A stretch of 61,048 nucleotides of DNA from an uncultured Verrucomicrobiota bacterium (lineage in GTDB: Bacteria; Verrucomicrobiota; Kiritimatiellia; RFP12; UBA3636): positions 1 to 61,048 of the forward strand of contig CAMOSH010000002.1 of NCBI GenBank assembly GCA_946624575.1, written 5' to 3'. Below, one piece after another: positions 53,848 to 61,048 of the stretch. A model generated the notes under the pieces. That model saw nothing but the letters and a program-made list of their open reading frames with translations. It ran no database searches and had not been told where the DNA came from. The position numbers and the translations under genes were made by a program. The first letter of the stretch is position 1. Each line of letters starts with the position of its first letter.

Positions 53848-53858
53848 CCCCACCCGCC

Positions 53859-54608
53859 ATGGCGGCGAGAACGCGATTGGACGAAGCGCTTGTGGCGCGC
53901 GGACTGGCGCAGTCGCGCAGTCTGGCGCAGCGCCTCGTGAGGGAGGGAAAGGTCCGCGTTGCGGGGCATCCCAATCCGAAACCCGGCAATTTCGTGCCGG
54001 ACGACATCGAAATCGAAGTCGTGGAACAGGAGCGCTACGTAAGCCGCGGCGGGCTTAAGCTCGAAGGCGCGTTCGCGAAATTCGGCTTTTCTGTGGAAGG
54101 GCTCGACTGCCTGGACGTCGGGGCGTCGACCGGCGGCTTCACGGACTGCCTGCTCCAGCACGGCGCCGCGCGCGTGGCCGCGCTTGACGTGGGGCGCGGC
54201 CAGCTCCATCCGCGGCTTCTCGCCGATCCGCGCGTCTGGTCGCGCGAAGGATTCAACTGCCGCGCCCTCGCCCCCGAGGACCTGCCCTGGACGCCGGCGT
54301 TCGCCGTGACGGACGTGTCGTTCATCTCGCTCCGGCTCATCCTGCCGCCGATTGCGCGGGTGCTCGCGCCCGGAGGCGGCATCGTGTCGCTTGTGAAGCC
54401 GCAATTCGAGGCGGGGCGGGAGGAAGTCGGGCGCGGCGGCGTGGTCCGCAGCGAAGCCGTGCGCCAGCGCGTGGTGGAAGAGATCAGGGAATTCGGAATC
54501 GGGCAGCTCGGCCTGGAATGGATCGGCGCGTGCGAATCCCCGATACGCGGCGCCGCCGGCAACGTCGAATACACGGCGTACTGGCGCAAGCCGGGCACGC
54601 CAGGCTGA
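53859..54608 (+). CDS. tlyA: TlyA-family rRNA (cytidine-2'-O)-methyltransferase (S4 plus FtsJ-like)
   Basis: ATG 53859 gives MAARTRLDEALVARGLAQSRSLAQRLVREGKVRV (S4-like). It also has YVSRGGLKLEGA, LDVGASTGGFTDCLL and SLVKPQFE. Confidence 0.85.
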   Translation: MAARTRLDEALVARGLAQSRSLAQRLVREGKVRVAGHPNPKPGNFVPDDIEIEVVEQERYVSRGGLKLEGAFAKFGFSVEGLDCLDVGASTGGFTDCLLQHGAARVAALDVGRGQLHPRLLADPRVWSREGFNCRALAPEDLPWTPAFAVTDVSFISLRLILPPIARVLAPGGGIVSLVKPQFEAGREEVGRGGVVRSEAVRQRVVEEIREFGIGQLGLEWIGACESPIRGAAGNVEYTAYWRKPGTPG

Positions 54609-54654
54609 CCTCCATCCATTCTTCAAACCTCCCACCCTTCACCCCCTCCTCTCT

Positions 54655-54702
54655 TTTTCAACCTTTCAACTCTTCAACCTTTCAACCTTTCAACCTTTCA
54701 AC
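54655..54702. repeat. Tandem 8-bp repeat CTTTCAAC x6, ending 4 nt before the luxS ATG
   Basis: Read as ttttcaac ctttcaac tcttcaac ctttcaac ctttcaac ctttcaac cgtc ATG. It is the reverse complement of the 181-212 array. The upstream word cttcaaacctccc (54621-54633) resembles cttcaaactccct at 241 and 415. Confidence 0.9.
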
Positions 54703-54706
54703 CGTC

Positions 54707-55216
54707 ATGGACAAACTGATCGCATCGTTCCAAGTCGACCACACCCGGATAGGATACGGGATATTCGTCAGCCGACGCGACGTCGTGAATGGCGCATACG
54801 TGACGACGTTCGACATCCGCATGAAGCGACCGAACGCCGAACCGGCGATACATCCGAACGCCATGCACACGATCGAGCACGTGGTGGCGACGCACCTGCG
54901 CAATTCCCGTTTCAGGAAGCATGTCGTCTACTGGGGGCCGATGGGCTGCCTGACCGGGTTCTACTTCATCACGAACACGCCGCATCCCATCGAGCCGCGC
55001 GAAATCGAGAAGCCGATCCGCGCGGCTTTCCGCGCCCTGGCCAACTGGCGCGGAAAAGTGCCCGGAGCCACGCCGGTGAACTGCGGCAACTGGCAGCTGC
55101 ACGACCTGGCGATGGCCAAGTTCGAGGCGCGGGAATTCCTGTCGAAGGAATGGAGCTTCGAATACCCGACCGCGAAGCGCGCCAAGGCCGGCAAACGCAC
55201 AGTGTTCGACGCCTGA
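54707..55216 (+). CDS. luxS: S-ribosylhomocysteine lyase
   Basis: Has the metal-site motif HTIEHVVATHLRN (HxxEH) and PMGCLTGFYF. The product is 169 aa. Confidence 0.85.
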   Translation: MDKLIASFQVDHTRIGYGIFVSRRDVVNGAYVTTFDIRMKRPNAEPAIHPNAMHTIEHVVATHLRNSRFRKHVVYWGPMGCLTGFYFITNTPHPIEPREIEKPIRAAFRALANWRGKVPGATPVNCGNWQLHDLAMAKFEAREFLSKEWSFEYPTAKRAKAGKRTVFDA

Positions 55217-55322
55217 GAACGGGATCCGCCGCGCAGGCGGCTATTGCGCACGGGGGGGAATTTCGGTAGTATTTCCGCCCCGCAACCCAGAAGCGCCGCC
55301 GTGCGGCGGCCGGCAAGCATCC

Positions 55323-56474
55323 ATGAAAGAAATCGCGTACGTTCTCGTCAATCCATACACAATCCGCAAATCCCGCCTGGGCGGGGTCATGGCCCGGTAC
55401 CTCGGGCGCACCGACCTGAAGCTCGTCGCCGCCAGAATGTTCGGCGCGTCGCAGGGACTGGTGGACGAATACTGCCAGGCCGTCCTCGACCGAACCGACC
55501 AGCGCCCCGACATCGACCGCCTCCTGGCCGACTACATCCGCCGCGAATATTCACCTAAAAAGGACACCGGGCGCCCGCACCGCGCGCTGTGCCTGCTGTT
55601 CGAGGGGGAGGACGCGATCCAGAAGATCTGGGACGTCACGGGATCGCTCACGATGCGCTGGGGCGGCGGACAGACCGTCCGCGAGACATACGGCGACTAC
55701 ATTCTCAACGACGCGGGCCGCGTGACGTACTTCGAGCCCGCCGTGCTCGTGGCGCCGACGCGCCCGTTCGCGATCCAGACGCTCAAGATACTTCTGCGCC
55801 ACATCGATGACAGCGGCATCGTGAACTCGCACTTCGGGGAACCCGGCGTCGAGCGGACGCTCGTGATGCTCAAGCCTGACAACTTCCAGCGCCCGTCGCT
55901 GCGCGCCGGCAACATCATCGACCTGCTCTCCTCGGCGGGGCTGCACATCGTGTGCGTGAAGAAGTTCTCGATGACAGTGGCGCAGGCGGAGCAGTTCTAC
56001 GGTCCCGTGGTGGACTCGCTCACCGCGAAATTCCCGTCGTTCGGCGCACGCCGCGTCGCGGTGGCGGTGGCGCGCGAACTGGGATTCGAGGTGCCGGAGG
56101 AAGCGGTGCGCCCGCTGTGCGAGACGATCGCCCCGACGTTCGCCCGCAACCAGTTCGAGGACATCGTCGAATTCATGACCGGCTTCCGTCCGTCGTCGGT
56201 GCCGGAAGCGGAAAAGGCGGGGCGCGCCGGGGCCGAATGCCTGGGCCTCGTGTACGAGGGAGAGGGCGCGGTCGCCGCGATTCGCGACGTCCTGGGAGCC
56301 ACGGATCCCGGAAAGGCGCGGCCCGGCTCCGTGCGGCGCGAATTCGGCACCAACATCATGATCAACGCGGCGCACGCGTCGGACAGCCCCGAAAACGCCG
56401 CCAGGGAGATGAAGATCATCGACATCGCCGGCGACAACCTTTCGCCATACATCAAGAAGTACTGCAATGAATAG
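55323..56474 (+). CDS. Long nucleoside-diphosphate-kinase-family protein (degenerate N-terminal NDK-like half plus canonical C-terminal NDK domain)
   Basis: The C-terminal half has ERTLVMLKPDNFQR, QAEQFYG, GSVRREFGTNIMINAAHASDSPENAAREM (active-site His context). The N-terminal half begins similarly (IAYVLVNPYTIRKSRLGGVMAR) but lacks the His block. Confidence 0.65.
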   Translation: MKEIAYVLVNPYTIRKSRLGGVMARYLGRTDLKLVAARMFGASQGLVDEYCQAVLDRTDQRPDIDRLLADYIRREYSPKKDTGRPHRALCLLFEGEDAIQKIWDVTGSLTMRWGGGQTVRETYGDYILNDAGRVTYFEPAVLVAPTRPFAIQTLKILLRHIDDSGIVNSHFGEPGVERTLVMLKPDNFQRPSLRAGNIIDLLSSAGLHIVCVKKFSMTVAQAEQFYGPVVDSLTAKFPSFGARRVAVAVARELGFEVPEEAVRPLCETIAPTFARNQFEDIVEFMTGFRPSSVPEAEKAGRAGAECLGLVYEGEGAVAAIRDVLGATDPGKARPGSVRREFGTNIMINAAHASDSPENAAREMKIIDIAGDNLSPYIKKYCNE

Positions 56475-57648
56475 CACAGTCGCGGCGATACAACCGTCCG
56501 CCACCCTGGCGATTGCCGCAAAGGCGCGCGAAATGGCCGCGCAGGGCATACACGTGCTCTCGTTTGCCGCTGGAGAGCCGGACTTCGACACGCCGCAGCC
56601 GATCAAGGACGCCGCGTGCCGCGCGATCGCAGAGGGCAAAACCAAATACACCGCCGCCAAGGGAATGCCCGGCCTCTGCGCCGCCGTGGCCCGCAAATTC
56701 GCCGAGAAAAACGGCATATCGTACGATCCGGACACGGAAATCCTGATTTCGTCCGGAGGCAAGCAGTCGCTCTGCAATACGTTCCTCGCGCTGCTGGAGC
56801 GCGGCGACGAGGTGCTGATCCCGTCGCCATACTGGCTTTCGTACCCGGAAATGGTGCGGATAGCCGGCGGCGAACCGCGCTTCGTGAAGACAGACCGAGA
56901 GAGCGGATCCAAGCTCTCCCCAGCCGCGCTCGAAGAGGCGTTCGCCGCGTCCGGCGGCCGCGCCAGGGCGCTCGTGCTGAACTACCCGTCCAACCCGACC
57001 GGCGCTGTCTATTCGAGCTCCGAACTTCGCGCCCTGGGCGAAACCGCGGTGCGGCTCGGACTCTGGATCGTCGCTGACGAAATGTACGAGCGCATGGTCT
57101 ACACCGAGGCCCCGTTCGTCTCGATGGCATCGCTGTCCCCGGAAATCCGCGCCCGCACGATCACGGTGAACGGATGCTCGAAGGCGTACGCGATGACGGG
57201 CTGGCGCATCGGCTACGCCGGCGCCCCGGCGCCAATCATGCGGCTCATGGCCACGTGCCAGAGCCATCTGGCGAGCAATCCGTGCACCCCGGCTCAATAC
57301 GCTGCCCTCGCGGCGCTGGAGGATCCCGCCGCCGAAGAGGCGGTGCAGCCGATGCTCCGCGCGTTCGCCGCGCGGGCCGCGCTCGTGTACGAACGGCTTT
57401 CCTCCATCGAAGGCATCCACATCCACCGTCCGGAAGGCGCATTCTACGTGTTTCCCGACGTGAGCGCGTTCGGACTGCGCTCCGTGGAGTTCTGCGAACG
57501 GCTGCTGCGCGAGGAGTCCGTGGCCGCAGTGCCTGGCCTGCCTTTCGGCGACGACGGCTGCATCCGCTTCTCCTACGCGTGTTCCACCGAGACAATCGAA
57601 GAGGGAATGGCCCGCGTGGCCCGCTTCTGCAACAGACTGCGTTCATGA
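56467..57648 (+). CDS. Pyridoxal-phosphate-dependent aminotransferase, class I (aspartate aminotransferase-like)
   Basis: Contains LSFAAGEPDFDTP, NYPSNPTG and the CSKAYAMTGWRIGY Lys motif. It overlaps the upstream gene by 8 nt. Confidence 0.85.
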   Translation: MNSTVAAIQPSATLAIAAKAREMAAQGIHVLSFAAGEPDFDTPQPIKDAACRAIAEGKTKYTAAKGMPGLCAAVARKFAEKNGISYDPDTEILISSGGKQSLCNTFLALLERGDEVLIPSPYWLSYPEMVRIAGGEPRFVKTDRESGSKLSPAALEEAFAASGGRARALVLNYPSNPTGAVYSSSELRALGETAVRLGLWIVADEMYERMVYTEAPFVSMASLSPEIRARTITVNGCSKAYAMTGWRIGYAGAPAPIMRLMATCQSHLASNPCTPAQYAALAALEDPAAEEAVQPMLRAFAARAALVYERLSSIEGIHIHRPEGAFYVFPDVSAFGLRSVEFCERLLREESVAAVPGLPFGDDGCIRFSYACSTETIEEGMARVARFCNRLRS

Positions 57649-57710
57649 CGCCGCGCCGCGCGCGCGGCCTTCGCCCCGGCGCGCGCGAAGCGGCAGGGGA
57701 TCACAATTCG

Positions 57711-59384
57711 ATGTCTTTTCTGGACCGTTTCCGCCATCCAGCCCTCCGGGTCTCCGCGCGCGACGTGGATCCGGACGCCCTTGACGTGCTGCACCGCCTC
57801 CAAAGCGCCGGGTTCACGGCATATCTTGTCGGCGGCGGCGTCCGCGACCTGCTGCTCGGGCGGACGCCGAAGGATTTCGACGTGGCGACGGAAGCCACTC
57901 CTTCGCAGATAAAAAAGCTGTTCGGGCGCCAGGCATTCATAATAGGGCGCCGCTTCAGGCTGGTCCTCGTGCGCTTCGGCGAAAAGCAGATCGAAACCGC
58001 GACGTTCCGCCGCGATCCGGGGCCAGAGGCCGCAGACGACGAAGGCACCGACGCCGGACGCGACGCCTCGGGCGCCCTGTACCAGTTCAGCGACAACGCG
58101 TTCGGCACGCCCGAGGAGGACGCCCTCCGCCGCGATTTCACGGTGAACGCGCTTTTCTGGGATCCAGCCGAGAACCGGGTCATCGACTATGTCGGCGGAA
58201 TCCGCGATCTCAGGAAGAAGACGCTGCGCAGCATCGGAGACCCGAACGTGCGCTTCCGGGAAGACCCGGTGCGCATGCTCCGCGCAGTGCGCCTTTCCTC
58301 GCGGCTCGGATTTTCGATCCACGCCGATTCCGTTGACGCGATCAGGCGTCATTCGGCGGAACTGGCGGCCGCGTCGCGGCCGCGCCTATTCGAGGAGCTT
58401 CTCCGCCTCTTCACGTTCTGCAGGTCCGAGGAGGCGTTCCGCAGGCTCTACGAATACGGCCTCATGGACACGCTCGTGCCCGAAGTGGCGCGCCACGTTC
58501 GCGCGTCCGGAGGAAAGCGCTCGCCGCTTTGGCGGTATCTGGCGGCGCTGGACGCGGCCTTTCCCGGACTCGACACCGAAAACCGCCGCAATCCGCGGTT
58601 CGTCCAGGAAAACGTGTTGCGCCTGGCGGCGCTGCTGGCCCCGCTTTGGCGCGAACGGCTGGCCGCAGCAGGCGGAGACGCGGCAGGCGGCGACGGGCGG
58701 CGCGGCAGACGCAGGCCGCCGGACACGCAGGAACTCGCGGAAGACCTTGTGGATTCGGTGGTCGTGGAGCCTTTCCGGACGCGCGGCTGGCGCGTCCCGA
58801 AGCTCATGTGCCAGGATCTGTGCGCCACGCTTGACTCGCTCGCGCTGTATCCGTCGCGGACGCTGCACCGCCGCAGTGCGTTCTCCCTGCCATGGTTCCA
58901 CACGGCGCTCGTGTTCTGGGAACTCTGCGCAAAGGCGGAAGAGGCCGGCGCGGCGGAAACCGAGGCGCTGGCCCAGTGGCGCACGGAATTCGACGCCTGG
59001 GCCGACGGGCCTCATCCCGCGCGTCGCGGACGCTACGTGCCGACCCGCCCGGATTCGGCACACGGTCGCGGCTTTCCCGGCAGCGCCTCCCCCGAATCGG
59101 ACGACGGCGGCGTGGACACTCCAGTCTCCTCGACGCCCGGCGAAACGGGAGAAGCGCCCGGCCCCACAGTACCCGCGGATGGCGACGGTCCGGCGCCAGA
59201 AAAACGGCGCAGGCGCCGCCGCGGCGGCAGGCGCGAAAGACTGCGCCGCCAGCGGATGCTCGCGCGCCAGGCAGAATCGGCGAACGCAAACGCGCCCGAA
59301 AGCAATGGCTCCGCGCCGGAAGCCGAATCACGGCAGCCGGAAGCCGAATCACGGCAGCCGCCCGGCGATTCCACAGCCACATAG
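57711..59384 (+). CDS. pcnB: Poly(A) polymerase I family nucleotidyltransferase with an Arg-rich repetitive C-terminal tail
   Basis: ATG 57711 gives MSFLDRF. Family blocks are YLVGGGVRDLLLGRTPKDFDVAT, RRFRLVLVRFGEKQIETATFR and RDFTVNALFWD. The tail has a 21-bp tandem duplication at 59316-59357 (PEAESRQ x2). Confidence 0.8.
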   Translation: MSFLDRFRHPALRVSARDVDPDALDVLHRLQSAGFTAYLVGGGVRDLLLGRTPKDFDVATEATPSQIKKLFGRQAFIIGRRFRLVLVRFGEKQIETATFRRDPGPEAADDEGTDAGRDASGALYQFSDNAFGTPEEDALRRDFTVNALFWDPAENRVIDYVGGIRDLRKKTLRSIGDPNVRFREDPVRMLRAVRLSSRLGFSIHADSVDAIRRHSAELAAASRPRLFEELLRLFTFCRSEEAFRRLYEYGLMDTLVPEVARHVRASGGKRSPLWRYLAALDAAFPGLDTENRRNPRFVQENVLRLAALLAPLWRERLAAAGGDAAGGDGRRGRRRPPDTQELAEDLVDSVVVEPFRTRGWRVPKLMCQDLCATLDSLALYPSRTLHRRSAFSLPWFHTALVFWELCAKAEEAGAAETEALAQWRTEFDAWADGPHPARRGRYVPTRPDSAHGRGFPGSASPESDDGGVDTPVSSTPGETGEAPGPTVPADGDGPAPEKRRRRRRGGRRERLRRQRMLARQAESANANAPESNGSAPEAESRQPEAESRQPPGDSTAT

Positions 59385-59456
59385 AAAGCCAAAGGCCGCA
59401 TCCGCTTTTTCGATCCAGGTCGATTTCCACACACCAATCATCCATCCAAACCGCAA

Positions 59457-61016
59457 ATGAAAAAAGTTCTGATTCCGACGAAACTCGACTCCCAGGCCGC
59501 AAAAATTCTAGCCGATCGCGGCTACGAGGTCGTTCAGGAGCCCAAGACTCCGATCCTCGACCTGGCCAAGGCCCACCCGGACGCGTACGCGCTCATAGTC
59601 CGCTCCGAAAAGGTCACCGCCGAAGTGATCGACGCCCTGCCGTCCCTCAAGGCAGTTGTGCGCGCCGGCGCCGGATTCGACAACATCGACGGCAAATACG
59701 CCCGTTCCAGGGGAATCGACGTCATGAACACGCCCGGCGCAAATTCCAACGCCGTGGCCGAAGAGGTGGTGGCGCTGATACTGGCGGACATCCGCCACGT
59801 CGTGCGGGCCGACGAGACCACGCGCCGCGGCGAATGGGAGAAGGCAAAGCTCATGGGACGCGAGCTGACCGGCAAGACCGTCGGCATCGTCGGTCTCGGC
59901 CACATCGGGCGCCTCGTCGCCAAGCGCATCTCCGGCTTCGAGTGCCGCGTCCTCGGCTACGACCCGCTCGTGCCGGCGGAAAAGGCCAAGGAAATCGGGA
60001 TCGAGCCGGCCGACGTCGAGACGATTTTCCGCGAATCCGACTTCATCACGCTCCACATCCCGCAGAACGCGGAAACGAAGGGATTCGTCGGGAAGAAGCT
60101 GCTCGCGCTCATGAAGAACGATGCGACGCTCGTCAACTGCGCCCGCGCCGGAATCGTTGACGAAGACGCCATCCGCGAGGCCAAGGGCCTCAAGTCGATC
60201 CGGTTCCTCAACGACGTCTATCCGAAGGACGCCGAAGGACCCAAGTCCGTCGCCGACATCGCCGACCTGATGATGCCGCACCTGGGCGCCTCCACCGTCG
60301 AGGCCAACCGCAACGCGGCCATACGCGCCGCGGAGGAGCTGGCCGACCTCGACGAAAAGGGCGTGTCCCCGTTCGTGGTCAACCGCGACATGCCGGCCGG
60401 GCTCGACGCGTCGTTCTGCGACCTGGCATTCACGCTGGCGCGGGTCTGCCGCGCGATTCTCGGCGCCGACAAGCCGACGCGCAAGATCGAAGTTAGCTGC
60501 TACGGGCGCCTCGATCCCTACGCCAAGTGGCTCTCGCTCTCGTTCCTCAACGGACTCTGGTCCGACATCGACCGCTCGTCCGACTTCAAGACCGTGATCG
60601 CCGACCTGGAACACCGCGGCGTCTCGTTCAAGCTCCGCGAAGCGGACGCCTCGAAGAAGTACGAAAACTCCATGACCGTCGACGTGGCTACGGACGGCGC
60701 AGGCGTCTCGCTGCGCGGCACCGTGGGCGAAGGCGTGAAGATGGTTTCGCGCATCGACGAGTTCAACCACCTCTACTGGACCCCCACGCCGCACGCCGTG
60801 TTCTTCGAATACGACGACAGGCCCGGAGTGATCGCGGCGATTGGCGAGGCCCTGCACAAGGCGGACGTCAACATCGAGGACATGCGCAATCCGCACAATC
60901 CCGAAACCGGGCGCTCGATGGCGCTGCTTTCGACGAACAAGCCCGTCACGCGCGAACTGGTGGCCTCGACCGCCGCCGCAATCGGCTCGTTCAAGGCCGG
61001 CGCGATCGAGCTCTGA
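59457..61016 (+). CDS. serA: D-3-phosphoglycerate dehydrogenase with C-terminal ACT domain
   Basis: Contains GKTVGIVGLGHIGRLVA (NAD fold), LVNCARAGIVDE and PHLGAST. The C-terminal ACT-like region is FFEYDDRPGVIAAIGEALHKADVNI. Confidence 0.9.
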   Translation: MKKVLIPTKLDSQAAKILADRGYEVVQEPKTPILDLAKAHPDAYALIVRSEKVTAEVIDALPSLKAVVRAGAGFDNIDGKYARSRGIDVMNTPGANSNAVAEEVVALILADIRHVVRADETTRRGEWEKAKLMGRELTGKTVGIVGLGHIGRLVAKRISGFECRVLGYDPLVPAEKAKEIGIEPADVETIFRESDFITLHIPQNAETKGFVGKKLLALMKNDATLVNCARAGIVDEDAIREAKGLKSIRFLNDVYPKDAEGPKSVADIADLMMPHLGASTVEANRNAAIRAAEELADLDEKGVSPFVVNRDMPAGLDASFCDLAFTLARVCRAILGADKPTRKIEVSCYGRLDPYAKWLSLSFLNGLWSDIDRSSDFKTVIADLEHRGVSFKLREADASKKYENSMTVDVATDGAGVSLRGTVGEGVKMVSRIDEFNHLYWTPTPHAVFFEYDDRPGVIAAIGEALHKADVNIEDMRNPHNPETGRSMALLSTNKPVTRELVASTAAAIGSFKAGAIEL

Positions 61017-61048
61017 ACCGCACCGGGCGGGCGGAGGCCCGGCGGAAC

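Overview
High-GC chromosomal segment (mid to upper 60s % G+C by eye). It is probably from a PVC-superphylum bacterium (Verrucomicrobiota/Kiritimatiellota-like). That guess rests on gene order: a secretin, a thrombospondin-repeat protein, a TM protein, a PilM-like protein and a small secreted protein together resemble the Akkermansia Amuc_1098-1102 pilus-like cluster. I support about 48 protein genes, one tRNA-Arg(CCT) and one pseudogene. Housekeeping content includes dapF, ispH, metE-metF, rimO, an rpiB-glyA fusion, comM, gatCA, tlyA, luxS, an aminotransferase, pcnB and serA. Glycan-degradation genes include a sialate O-acetylesterase-like esterase, a GH78 rhamnosidase, a DUF4965-type hydrolase and a XylR/AraC regulator. 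There is also a STAS / solute-binding protein / PP2C / PP2C-kinase partner-switching operon and a NodT-type outer-membrane efflux factor. The main hunt result is a visibly AT-richer 6.5-kb minus-strand operon (35417-41879). In it, a radical-SAM/SPASM enzyme is bracketed by two small Cys-ladder peptides with a CWGC-(Cx3C)n core. It is preceded by a membrane HExxH protein, two paralogous TM coiled-coil proteins, a lipoprotein and a membrane-anchored DnaJ-type zinc-finger protein, and followed by a zinc-ribbon protein. This looks like an uncharacterised RiPP-like or Cys-peptide system. It has a highly structured leader and an internal hairpin after the first precursor. It sits next to a decayed AAA ATPase gene that is flanked by about 160-190-bp direct repeats. 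Other unusual structure: a 21-unit 9-bp CCTAGG array, families of short tandem word repeats in 5' leaders, and CACGGAG-armed long inverted repeats. Many long ORFs in the track are antisense GC artefacts and were rejected.
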